From: Planctomycetota bacterium
GTDB lineage: Bacteria; Planctomycetota; Planctomycetia; Pirellulales; UBA1268
Reading direction: 5' to 3'
Length of the DNA stretch: 64,000 nt
NCBI GenBank assembly: GCA_031403195.1
Contig: JANNSZ010000075.1
Span: 2,791 to 66,790 of the forward strand
The translations under genes and the position numbers were made by a program. The notes beneath the pieces are model-generated. The model was not told where the DNA came from and ran no database searches. It saw nothing but the letters and a program-made list of their open reading frames with translations. This document shows positions 52,449 to 61,176 of this stretch, piece by piece. How positions within the stretch are numbered: position 1 is the first letter of the stretch; each line of letters begins with the position of its first letter.

Positions 52449-52682
52449 GAGTGGCCGAATCGTTGAAAGGTTCCGTGTCCGTGGGAAGCAGTATATCCGG
52501 AGAAGGCAAGGCTGCCGGCGGGCCAATCACATGACCGAGAAGCGGCGAATATTCGTCATTTATCTGCGAACTCACAGGTTGTGCACGCGAGGGACGACAG
52601 GCTGTTCGACGGACTTTCCTACGTCTCGTGCGGCGGTGAACGACCGGCTAGTGTGACGTTGCCGCCGCATGCTCGCGTTGGT

Positions 52683-52710
52683 TTGACAGCATTGCTAGCA
52701 CTCCTATACT
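52683..52710 (+). promoter_or_regulatory. Near-consensus sigma70-type promoter upstream of dnaA
   Basis: TTGACA (52683-52688), a 16-nt spacer, then TATACT (52705-52710), about 150 nt upstream of the dnaA ATG in a locally less GC-rich intergenic region. Confidence 0.4.
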
Positions 52711-52861
52711 CGCGCCGTCGCTGGTCAAAAACGGCTCGACCGTCGGCGACACAAACTGGTTGGAACCGTCGCGGGCTCGGCATGTGCGAGCCTGCGGAAA
52801 CGTCACGGATGCAATGGCGGGCTCTTTTTTGGGGCCGCGTCAGGTGTACAAGGAAGGATCC

Positions 52862-54313
52862 ATGGGCAGAGCCGTCGTGGCTGCGTGTGTACGGACACCA
52901 AGTGAAGGTGTCCGCGACGTGGTTCGCGAGCGGATCGGCGCGGAGCGGTTCGCCGTCTGGTTTGGCGATGCTTCGTGGGCTCCGTTGACCGATGGCGGAG
53001 CTGGGGTCGTGATCCGGGTGGGCGCGGGTGTGACCCACGAATGGCTCAAGCGGACCTTCCGTGCCGATGTGGAAGCGGCTGCCCGCGAGGTAGGCGGCCC
53101 GGTGGCACGTGTGGTGTGGGAGCCGTCCACAGCCACGCCTGAGGAGCCTGCTGCGCCGCCCACTCCTGCAACGCGAGCACCGCGTCAGCGTTCGAAGTCC
53201 GAACCCACGGCCATTGCCGTGCGGCCCGATTCCAGTCTCACGCTGGTCGGCGATGCCCCCGCTCCTTCGGCCGCGCCTCGGCGGCCGCCCCGCGGGCTTG
53301 GTGAATTCATTGTGGGAACGTGCAACCGCATGGCCTCCACGGCCGTGGAGATTGTGGCTTCCCGGCCTGGGGAGATGTCGCCACTGGTCATCCACGGTCC
53401 CAGTGGGGTCGGCAAAACGCATCTCCTGGAAGCGGCCTGCAGTCGCGGCCGTCAACTCCATCCGGGCATGCATGCCGTGCTCGTGTCGGCCGAGCAGTTT
53501 ACGACGTCGTTTCTCCAATCACTGCATGGGGGCGGCCTGCCTGGCTTTCGGCGCAGTATTCGTTCGGCCGACATACTCGCCATCGACGACTTGCAATTTT
53601 TCGTGGGAAAACGGGCGACTATTCAAGAGGTTCAGCAGACGATCGACGCCCTCCAGCGGCAGGGAAAGCAGATCATCATTGGCTGCGATAGGGAGATTGA
53701 TGCGCTCGGGGATCTTGGGAGTGACCTGCTTGGTCGGCTGCGGGGAGGGATGACGGCACGGCTCGTGCCGCCCGACTACGACGTGCGACGCGGTATTGTG
53801 GCGGCGCTTGTGCGGGCTCGCGGGCTCGATGTGACCGATGACGTGGTGCATCATGTAGCGACCCATATGACCCGTCATGCCCGCGAGTTGGCGGGCGCCG
53901 TCAATCGCCTCGAGGCCACGAGTCACATGCTCGGGCTCCCGATCACCCTCGAACTTGCCCAGGAAGCGCTCGCCGATCTTGTACGGTCGAGCGGCCGGTG
54001 CCTGAGGCTTGACGACATCGAGCGAGCTGTCTGCGTCGCCTTCGGCATCGAGGCGGGAGGCTTGCAGTCGAGCCGAAGGTCTCGAGCCGTGAGCCATCCA
54101 AGGATGCTGGCGATGTACCTGGCCCGCAAGCACACTCGTGCGGCGCTTGCCGAAATCGGCGGCTACTTCGGGCGGCGGAGTCATTCCACCGTGGTGACGG
54201 CACAAAAGTCGGTGGCTGCTTGGCTCTCGGCAAAGACGCCGATTGTCCTTTCAGGCGCCGCCTGGGATGTCGCCGAAGCGATCCGACGCGTCGAAGACAT
54301 CCTGCGCGGCTAA
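52862..54313 (+). CDS. dnaA: Chromosomal replication initiator protein DnaA
   Basis: ATG at 52862 preceded by AAGGAAGGA. Walker A (HGPSGVGKTHL), Walker B (ILAIDDLQFF), and a domain IV helix-turn-helix (HPRMLAMYLARKHTRAALAEIGGYFGRRSHSTVV). Confidence 0.87.
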   Translation: MGRAVVAACVRTPSEGVRDVVRERIGAERFAVWFGDASWAPLTDGGAGVVIRVGAGVTHEWLKRTFRADVEAAAREVGGPVARVVWEPSTATPEEPAAPPTPATRAPRQRSKSEPTAIAVRPDSSLTLVGDAPAPSAAPRRPPRGLGEFIVGTCNRMASTAVEIVASRPGEMSPLVIHGPSGVGKTHLLEAACSRGRQLHPGMHAVLVSAEQFTTSFLQSLHGGGLPGFRRSIRSADILAIDDLQFFVGKRATIQEVQQTIDALQRQGKQIIIGCDREIDALGDLGSDLLGRLRGGMTARLVPPDYDVRRGIVAALVRARGLDVTDDVVHHVATHMTRHARELAGAVNRLEATSHMLGLPITLELAQEALADLVRSSGRCLRLDDIERAVCVAFGIEAGGLQSSRRSRAVSHPRMLAMYLARKHTRAALAEIGGYFGRRSHSTVVTAQKSVAAWLSAKTPIVLSGAAWDVAEAIRRVEDILRG

Positions 54314-54578
54314 TGAAAGGTCAGCAGGTCGAGCATGCCCCGCTCGATGCACGCCTTGGCCTTCCCAAAGAAGGGTTCTCGTACGTGCTCATGGACTGGC
54401 TGCAGCAGTTCTGAGCTGGCCCAGGGGAAGGTTCGCCCGGGCGCGATGCGGGACGTGCGGCGGTGGCCTTCTCCTGCAATGGTCGGGGCGTGTGCCCATC
54501 GTGCAACGGCCGACGCATGGCCCAGACCGCTGCGCATCTGGTCGATCACGCTATCCCACGGGTGCCCGTTCTGTCCTT

Positions 54579-55433
54579 TTACGGGACGGGCTTTTCTTCG
54601 AGGCTGGCCTTGTAGCGGACGCTCGACTGGGGGCCACCAAAACCGACCACACGGCGGTCAATGGAGGTGCGGCGGCTCACGATTCGTCCCGATTCAAGAT
54701 CGAAGCGGATCGTGCCATCCCAGATGCGTTCGAGCAGCCGGGCCTCGAGCCGCGGATCGTCAAGCGGCGTGAGGACTGTCGTGTCCACCGCGATCGTGGC
54801 GATGCCGTCGCGAACGCTTTCGAGTCGATACCGCAGCCGCGTGCGAACCGCTTTTCGGGGTCCGTGTGGCACTTCAACGATGATCTGATCCGGAATCGTC
54901 CAGGTATGACCGGCCTCGATGGGTTCCTCGGGGAGAGGCACGATCACCAGGTCGCCCGACGCCGCTGCCGGGCAGGGCCGCAATTCCCGACGTTCGAGCA
55001 CGCGGCCGTCCGTTGTAACGCGGAGCCGCACGAGTGGCACCTTCAGGCTCGCTCGCACAGCCTCGTAGCCCGGCGGTGGCTCATCGTCGCTGTCGCTCTG
55101 CCAGCGAAGCTCGCCGCGCTCACTCGAGCGGGAGGTCATCGTCACGTGGTCCACCGACTGCTCGAGGGTGGCCACACCGTCCTGATCGACGTCCTTCACA
55201 TGCCAGGTGCGGGTCGAGTCGGTCATCGTCTCTAGGGACTCGGTGACACCATTCATCGTGGTCTCAGTGAGGGCCCGATGCTCGACCCGCGATGAGAGGG
55301 CCTCACCCGCGCGAAAGGTATACCGCAACCGGACGGTCGCAGCCGCATCGCCAGGGTCAGCCTGCGTGGTCGCGGTCATCCCGGCGGCCAGGATGAAAAC
55401 GACCGATCGCATCCGGGCAGTGAGGCCCTTCAT
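54579..55433 (-). CDS. Secreted hypothetical protein (beta-rich, 284 aa)
   Basis: Signal peptide (MKGLTARMRSVVFILAAGMTATTQA). The start overlaps the nadK stop by 4 bp (ATGA), so it is likely co-transcribed. Confidence 0.5.
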   Translation of the reverse strand: MKGLTARMRSVVFILAAGMTATTQADPGDAAATVRLRYTFRAGEALSSRVEHRALTETTMNGVTESLETMTDSTRTWHVKDVDQDGVATLEQSVDHVTMTSRSSERGELRWQSDSDDEPPPGYEAVRASLKVPLVRLRVTTDGRVLERRELRPCPAAASGDLVIVPLPEEPIEAGHTWTIPDQIIVEVPHGPRKAVRTRLRYRLESVRDGIATIAVDTTVLTPLDDPRLEARLLERIWDGTIRFDLESGRIVSRRTSIDRRVVGFGGPQSSVRYKASLEEKPVP

Positions 55434-56335
55434 GATTCGTCTCCGCGGTCCGCACGTTCCGCCGCGCGGAGGCCGCCCCCCCAGGCGAGTTTGTCTCGCA
55501 GCGTGTCGTAGTAGCCCGTGCCTATTTCGACAAGCGCGAATCGGGGGAGGGCTCTCCGAATCCGAAGGGCATCGCCTGGCAACAGCGGTGTGAGTACCTG
55601 ACCATCCACCATGCAGGCCGAGCCGGAGTTTGGCCGCGGCACCCGGATCTCATACTCGCGTGTCGCCGAGTCAATCACGGTGCGATTGGTCAGGGTGTGT
55701 GGGTTGAGGGGCGTAAACACGAATGCGTCCATGTCTTTTCGAACGATGGGGCCTCCCGCCGAGAGGTTGTATGCCGTCGAGCCGACGGGCGTCGAGACGA
55801 TCAGGCCATCAGCCCGGTAGGTCGTTGCTGGCTCGCCATCAACGAGGAGGTCAATCTCGATCATGGCAAACGGTGGGCCGGCGAGCACTGCCGTCTCGTT
55901 GAGGCCGAGATCGCGGCGGATAACGCCACCCGCACGCACGACTTCGCACTCGAACATCATGTGCTGGACGAGACGAAACCGGCCGGCAACGAAGTCGTCG
56001 ATCGCCTTGGCAGCGCCCAGGCGGGGCGTATCGGCGAGGAATCCGAGCCGGCCCAGGTTGATCCCCAGCGTTGGCACCTGGTCGTAGCCCATCCAGCGGG
56101 CCGCCCGCAGGATCGATCCGTCGCCCCCAAGAACCACGACCAGATCCGTACGCGCCGGCAGCGGTCTCGGGATTCCGGGGCCGGACTCGATGAGGCGCGT
56201 CGCTCGGTGGCCTCGCGCTTCAAAGAGCGAGGCGATTCGCGCAGCCTCTTCAGCGGTGGCAGCCAGGCCGACGATCGCGACTTCGAGCGGCATGGGGGGC
56301 GGCGCGGAGGAAGACAGTCGGTTCACGGGCGGCAT
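55430..56335 (-). CDS. nadK: NAD+ kinase
   Basis: DLVVVLGGDGSILRAAR (GGDG motif), GINLGRLGFLAD, STPVGSTAYNLSAGGPIV. The ATG at 56335 is chosen. The 390-aa ORF-track version would run into dxs. Confidence 0.85.
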   Translation of the reverse strand: MPPVNRLSSSAPPPMPLEVAIVGLAATAEEAARIASLFEARGHRATRLIESGPGIPRPLPARTDLVVVLGGDGSILRAARWMGYDQVPTLGINLGRLGFLADTPRLGAAKAIDDFVAGRFRLVQHMMFECEVVRAGGVIRRDLGLNETAVLAGPPFAMIEIDLLVDGEPATTYRADGLIVSTPVGSTAYNLSAGGPIVRKDMDAFVFTPLNPHTLTNRTVIDSATREYEIRVPRPNSGSACMVDGQVLTPLLPGDALRIRRALPRFALVEIGTGYYDTLRDKLAWGGGLRAAERADRGDES

Positions 56336-56360
56336 GATAGCGTTCCCGCGTCCCCTTCGA

Positions 56361-58277
56361 TCAGGTGTCGGCAGTCGCAGCCGACGTGGCCACCAAAGGC
56401 GCGCGGCCAGCAAGCTGTCGGCACGTCTTCGCAATGCCTGCGGCATCAAGCCCGAGCTCGGCCAGCAGCTCGCCTCGTTCGCCGTGCTCAACGAAGCGGT
56501 CTGGCAGGCCAATTCGGCGGATCGGTCCCGCCACAATGCCGGCATCGGACACAAGCTCAATGATGGCGCTGCCAAAGCCCGTCGGCAGCGCGTTCTCTTC
56601 AACCGTGAGCGTCCAGGGAGCGGCCTCGATCCGCTCGAGCAGTGCAGGATCGAGCGGCTTCACGAACCGGGCATTGATGACGGTGACATCGAGCCCCTCG
56701 CTCCGCAGCGTTGCGGCGGCCGCAACCACCTGCCCGAGCAGCGTGCCACAGGCAATCATGACGCCCTCACCGCCTTCGGCCAGAACCTCGGCCCGACCCT
56801 GGGCGATCGGGGCGCGTTGCCCACCGTGGCGTTCGACGGTCGCCTTCGGATATCGGATGGCCACCGGGCCGTCGTGGCCCAGGGCCCACGTGAGCATGGC
56901 CTCGAGGTCATGTTCATCACCCGGCGCGAGCACCACCATGTTGGGAAAGAGCCGCAGGTAGCCGAGGTCGAAGGCGCCATGATGGGTTGGACCGTCGGGC
57001 CCCGTGAGCCCGGCCCGATCCAGCATGAACGTGACGGGGAGGTTTTGGAGGCACACCTCCTGAAAGATCTGGTCAAACGACCGCTGGAGAAATGTGCTGT
57101 AGATGTCGACGATCGGCCGGCAGCCCGCCTTCGCCTGGCCGGCCGCGAACGCCACGGCGTGTGACTCACAGATACCGACATCGAAGAACCGATCGGGGAA
57201 CTCCGACCGGACACTCTCGAGCTTGTTGCCCTGGCACATCGCTGCCGTGATGACGGTGACGCGGGTATCCCGCCGCATCGCGTCGCCGATGGCCGATGCT
57301 GCGGAGTCGGTGTAGGCCCGCGAGGCCGACTTCTTGAGCGTGACAATGCCCTCCTCATCATCACACTCGAACGGCGCCGGCGTATGGAAGAGCACTGGAT
57401 CATCTTCCGCCGGTTTGAAGCCGTGCCCTTTTTCGGTGAGGACATGGAGCAGAATCGGACCCTCCTCATCCTTCACGAGCTCGAGATAGCGGATCAGGTT
57501 CGGGAGCGAATGGCCTTCGACGGGACCGAAGTAGCGGACGCCCATCGCTTCGAAGAGGGCGCCGCCGTGAAGCGATGTCTTGATCGACTCTTTGACCCCA
57601 GCGAGCATCTTTTCCATCTGCTCACCGAGGACAGGTACGCCCTTGATGATTCCGCCGGCCTGCTGCTTGAAGCCTCGGTACCACGGATTTGTGCGGACGA
57701 TATCGAGGTATTCCGCCAGAGCTCCGACCCGCGGGCAGATTGACATCCTGTTGTCGTTGAGGATCACGAGGAGCCGCTTCTTGAGAAAGCCGGCATTGTT
57801 GAGCGCCTCGAAGACGATTCCCGAAGGCAACGCGCCATCGCCGATCACAGCGATGGCGCGGCGGTCTCCCTCGCCACAGAGGCCGTCACCGCTGGCGAGG
57901 CCCAGGGCCGTCGAGACGCTACAGCCAGCATGGCCCGTCATGAAGAGGTCGTAGAGACTCTCCTCCGGGTTGGGGTAGCCCATCAGGCCCCCTCGCGTGC
58001 GGATTGTGCCGAACTGGGCGAAACGTCCGGTGATGAGCTTGTGGGGATACACCTGGTGGCCGGTGTCCCAGATGAGGCGGTCACGACGAAAATCAAAAAC
58101 GCGATGCAGTGCCAGGCAGAGCTCCACGACGCCCAGATTGGACGCGAAGTGGGCCGTGCGGGTGGTCGCCACTTCGCAGAGCGCTTGCCGCATCTCGCTG
58201 GCGAGCTGCTCGAGTTGCTCGATCGACAGGTCGCGAAGATCCACCGGCGAAGTGATGGTGGGCAGGATGGAAGGCAT
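56361..58277 (-). CDS. dxs: 1-deoxy-D-xylulose-5-phosphate synthase
   Basis: WDTGHQVYPHKLITGR, TGHAGCSVSTALG, IGDGALPSG, ICESHAV. 638 aa. Confidence 0.95.
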   Translation of the reverse strand: MPSILPTITSPVDLRDLSIEQLEQLASEMRQALCEVATTRTAHFASNLGVVELCLALHRVFDFRRDRLIWDTGHQVYPHKLITGRFAQFGTIRTRGGLMGYPNPEESLYDLFMTGHAGCSVSTALGLASGDGLCGEGDRRAIAVIGDGALPSGIVFEALNNAGFLKKRLLVILNDNRMSICPRVGALAEYLDIVRTNPWYRGFKQQAGGIIKGVPVLGEQMEKMLAGVKESIKTSLHGGALFEAMGVRYFGPVEGHSLPNLIRYLELVKDEEGPILLHVLTEKGHGFKPAEDDPVLFHTPAPFECDDEEGIVTLKKSASRAYTDSAASAIGDAMRRDTRVTVITAAMCQGNKLESVRSEFPDRFFDVGICESHAVAFAAGQAKAGCRPIVDIYSTFLQRSFDQIFQEVCLQNLPVTFMLDRAGLTGPDGPTHHGAFDLGYLRLFPNMVVLAPGDEHDLEAMLTWALGHDGPVAIRYPKATVERHGGQRAPIAQGRAEVLAEGGEGVMIACGTLLGQVVAAAATLRSEGLDVTVINARFVKPLDPALLERIEAAPWTLTVEENALPTGFGSAIIELVSDAGIVAGPIRRIGLPDRFVEHGERGELLAELGLDAAGIAKTCRQLAGRAPLVATSAATADT

Positions 58278-58309
58278 GATGATGAGGTCCTGGCGGATGG
58301 TGTGTGGTG

Positions 58310-59287
58310 TCAGTGGTCGCGGCTTACGATCCAGTGGGCAAGGGCCGCCAGATCCTCGGCCGCGCTGCCAAATTCACGAGCTGCGGACGCTGCCTCCGAC
58401 GCGAGCTCGTGGGCTCGTTCTCGGGCTGCCTCGATGCCGAGCACCGTGGGGAAGGTGAGCTTGCCGCGGCCGGCGTCCTTGCCCACCCGTTTGCCGACGG
58501 CCGCTTCGTCCCCTTCGGCATCGAGGATGTCGTCGGCAATCTGAAAGGCCAAGCCGAAGGCTCGGCCAAAACGGTCGAGCAGGGCGAGCTGAGCGGCACT
58601 TGCTTCCACGGCAATGCCACCGAGGTCGAGCGAGGCTCGGAAGAGCGCGCCGGTCTTGCGGCGGTGCACTCGCTCCATCCAGGCGACCTGTTCGCTCGAG
58701 GCGGCCAGCGAGAGGTCCGGCGTCCAGCCCCGCTCGAGGGCCAGATCGTCTACCTGACCCCCCACGAGCGCCTCCGCGCCGGCGGCACGGGCGAGGACGA
58801 GGCATGCCTTCCCCGCCACAGCGGGCGGAAGACCGCGGGCGAGGGTCTCAAATGCCAGCGGCTGAAGGGCATCGCCGCAGAGGATGGCTGTAGCCTCGTC
58901 GAACGCGCGATGGCATGTGGGCCGACCGCGACGAAGATCGTCGTCGTCCATCGCGGGCAAGTCGTCGTGGACGAGCGAATAGGCGTGGATCATTTCGACC
59001 GCCACGGCAGCCGGGGCAGCGGCCTGCCAGGCATCGCCCTCGCTGAGGCGGTCGCCGCAGGCCCGTGCGGCCCAGAGTACAAGCGCCGGCCGGAGTCTTT
59101 TCCCCGGCGCGAGGAGGACGTGCCGCAGCGCGGCCACGAGTCGTGGAGGCGCGTCGTCTGGCAGATCAAGGGCCGCGTCGAGCAGGGGATCGATGAAGTG
59201 CCGCACCCGCTGCAGGCCGTCGGTCACGATGGCTGCGCCTTCGGCCACCGCCGCCGCGGATCCGGTGGAGTCCGGGCAGGGTGCCAT
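58310..59287 (-). CDS. ispA: Polyprenyl (farnesyl/geranylgeranyl) diphosphate synthase
   Basis: First Asp-rich motif (LVHDDLPAMDDDDLRRG) and second Asp-rich motif (FQIADDILD). Conserved xseB-ispA-dxs synteny. Confidence 0.85.
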   Translation of the reverse strand: MAPCPDSTGSAAAVAEGAAIVTDGLQRVRHFIDPLLDAALDLPDDAPPRLVAALRHVLLAPGKRLRPALVLWAARACGDRLSEGDAWQAAAPAAVAVEMIHAYSLVHDDLPAMDDDDLRRGRPTCHRAFDEATAILCGDALQPLAFETLARGLPPAVAGKACLVLARAAGAEALVGGQVDDLALERGWTPDLSLAASSEQVAWMERVHRRKTGALFRASLDLGGIAVEASAAQLALLDRFGRAFGLAFQIADDILDAEGDEAAVGKRVGKDAGRGKLTFPTVLGIEAARERAHELASEAASAAREFGSAAEDLAALAHWIVSRDH

Positions 59288-59363
59288 GCGGGGAGCCTAG
59301 GGTCTGGGCGCGGGCGGGAAGCCGACGCCTGCCTCCCTGGAACCGCGAAATACCAAGGGAAGT

Positions 59364-59765
59364 TTAGGCTTCGGCCGTTTCATCGTCCATCCCGGGAAGG
59401 GATCGGCCGCGGGATGTCTTGCCGCGAGGTCGGCGGCGGACGGTCGATGGGTCGGCAGCGTCCGTGGCCGACGATTCGATCTCATGGTCGGCAAGCACCG
59501 GCCGTCCCTCGTCGTCGAGGCGCACCAGAACCCGCACCCGCTCGTCGGCTCTCGCCAGTTCGTCATGGAGCTGACGGAGGATGCTGACGCCCTGCTCGTA
59601 CGCCGCAATCGATTCGGAGAGGCCCAGCCCGCCCGATTCGAGGCGGGCCACCAGGTCGCCAAGGGTTGCAAGGCCATCTTCAAACGAGGCGATCTGCGGC
59701 GAGGTTGCTGGTTGGGTCGTGTGTGCAGATGGGCCGGGCGAGGCATCGTCAGGGGATGCTGGCAT
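59364..59765 (-). CDS. xseB: Exodeoxyribonuclease VII small subunit (with N- and C-terminal extensions)
   Basis: SFEDGLATLGDLVARLESGGLGLSESIAAYEQGVSILRQLHDEL core. The ATG at 59765 overlaps the xseA end by 17 nt. Confidence 0.8.
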   Translation of the reverse strand: MPASPDDASPGPSAHTTQPATSPQIASFEDGLATLGDLVARLESGGLGLSESIAAYEQGVSILRQLHDELARADERVRVLVRLDDEGRPVLADHEIESSATDAADPSTVRRRPRGKTSRGRSLPGMDDETAEA

Positions 59766-61122
59766 CGGTCGAGATCCTTTCGTCCGTGTGAGGCATGTGA
59801 ACGGGTGACGCACGAGCGGAGGCGTTGTCGATGCGGACGATGGTGCTCCACAGTCGGCCGTCGGCCAACTGTGTGACAATCGGTGAGCCGGGTTCGATTC
59901 CGGCCACGCTCCGGAGTGGTGAGTCTTCCTGCTCGGCGCGCCACGTCAGCGACCAGCCCCGGGCGAGAAGATGCAGTGGACTGCCCGCTTCAAGTCTGCC
60001 TGTCGCGGCACCGAGTCGCTCACGTCCTCGCGCCACGGCCGCAACTGCGAGCCGCCGCAGCCGCACCGCATCGGATGCAAGTCGGTTGCGACGCTCTGCC
60101 ACGAGCCGCGTGGGGTCGGTGAAGATCCGCGATTGGGCCAGGTGCATCAGGCGCTCACGGGCCAAGGCCACGCGTCGCTCAAGCGACGCGGCAAGCCGCT
60201 CGCCAAGACCCGAAACGGCGACGGCACAGTGCTGCCCGTCAGGAGACACCTTCACGGCAGCATCGGTCGGCGTGAGGGCCCGCAGGTCTGCCGCGAGATC
60301 GGCCAGAGTGATGTCGATCTCATGCCCCACACCGGAAACCACGGGCACGCCGGCAGCCGCGATGGCACGCACGAGCACCTCCTCATTGAAACTCCAGAGA
60401 TCCTCGAGGCTGCCGCCACCGCGGACCAGCGCAATCACGTCTGGCCGCGGCTCGAGCCGTTCGGCCGCTGCGAGCGCCGCTGCGAGTTCCTCGGCGGCTC
60501 CAGCCCCTTGCACGCGGGACGGTACGACGATCACCTCGCTGCCGCGCCACCGGCCGCGGAGCGTCTGGAGAAAGTCAGCGATCGCGGCGCCCGTGAGGCT
60601 CGTGATCAATGCAATCCGTTTTGGAAACGGCGGGATAGGTCGCTTGCGACCAGCATCAAAGAGGCCTTCAGCCTCGAGTTGCGCATGGAGCCGGCGGAGC
60701 TGGGCTTCGAGCGTGCCCGTGCCCAGGGCATGGAGGCGATCGATCGTGAGCTGGTAGGTGCCCCTCGGGGGGTAGACCTCGAGGCGGCCGTGGCACACAA
60801 CGGCCATGCCGTCCGCTGGGTCGATGGCGAGCGTCGTTGCTGTGGTGCGCCAGATCACCGCTCGGAGCATCGCCGAATCGTCCTTGAGCGAGAGATAGAC
60901 ATGGCCGCTCGAGGCTCTGACGAGGTTGCTCACCTCGCCAGCCACCCAGACATCGGCAAAACGTCCTTCCACGGCCTCCTTGACCCTCGCCGTCAGCTCC
61001 GACACGCTCGGCACGGCATCGGGTGGGCCTGCCCCGTGAGCCGGCCGCGGGAGGAATTCCTCCGCAGGCAGCGGCGTGGTCTGACGTGAACGGCGGGCGT
61101 GCATGGCCGGGGAGTGTAGCAT
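59749..61122 (-). CDS. xseA: Exodeoxyribonuclease VII large subunit
   Basis: N-terminal OB-fold (SVSELTARVKEAVEGRFADVWVAGEVSNL), PIPPFPKRIALITSLTGAAIADF, and SGVGHEIDITLADLAADLRALTPT. Confidence 0.87.
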   Translation of the reverse strand: MLHSPAMHARRSRQTTPLPAEEFLPRPAHGAGPPDAVPSVSELTARVKEAVEGRFADVWVAGEVSNLVRASSGHVYLSLKDDSAMLRAVIWRTTATTLAIDPADGMAVVCHGRLEVYPPRGTYQLTIDRLHALGTGTLEAQLRRLHAQLEAEGLFDAGRKRPIPPFPKRIALITSLTGAAIADFLQTLRGRWRGSEVIVVPSRVQGAGAAEELAAALAAAERLEPRPDVIALVRGGGSLEDLWSFNEEVLVRAIAAAGVPVVSGVGHEIDITLADLAADLRALTPTDAAVKVSPDGQHCAVAVSGLGERLAASLERRVALARERLMHLAQSRIFTDPTRLVAERRNRLASDAVRLRRLAVAAVARGRERLGAATGRLEAGSPLHLLARGWSLTWRAEQEDSPLRSVAGIEPGSPIVTQLADGRLWSTIVRIDNASARASPVHMPHTDERISTDASIP

Positions 61123-61176
61123 TCAGTCCTCTCTGGCCAGCGACGACGCCACCTCGGAAGCAACTCTGATTCACCG

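Noticed and set aside
52449-52861. oriC immediately upstream of dnaA.
   Set aside because: By eye there are only weak (6/9 or worse) matches to the TTATCCACA DnaA box (for example TTATCTGCG at 52559-52567). There is no clear AT-rich unwinding element, and flanking gene orientations do not diverge from here. It remains a question in the findings and is not called as a feature.
54310-54549. A 79-aa minus-strand ORF whose GLGHASAVARWAH segment vaguely recalls the LGHxxxxxTxxYxH box of tyrosine recombinases (possible integrase remnant).
   Set aside because: The Tyr position is Trp, and about 60 further residues follow. No upstream catalytic domain can exist because the 284-aa gene ends 30 nt away. 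No att-like repeats or other mobile genes are nearby. The coding status is unresolved.
55430-56602. The 390-aa version of nadK from the ORF track.
   Set aside because: The extra 89 N-terminal codons overlap the 3' end of dxs and are low-complexity. NadK homology begins near the ATG at 56335, with an alternative start at 56293.
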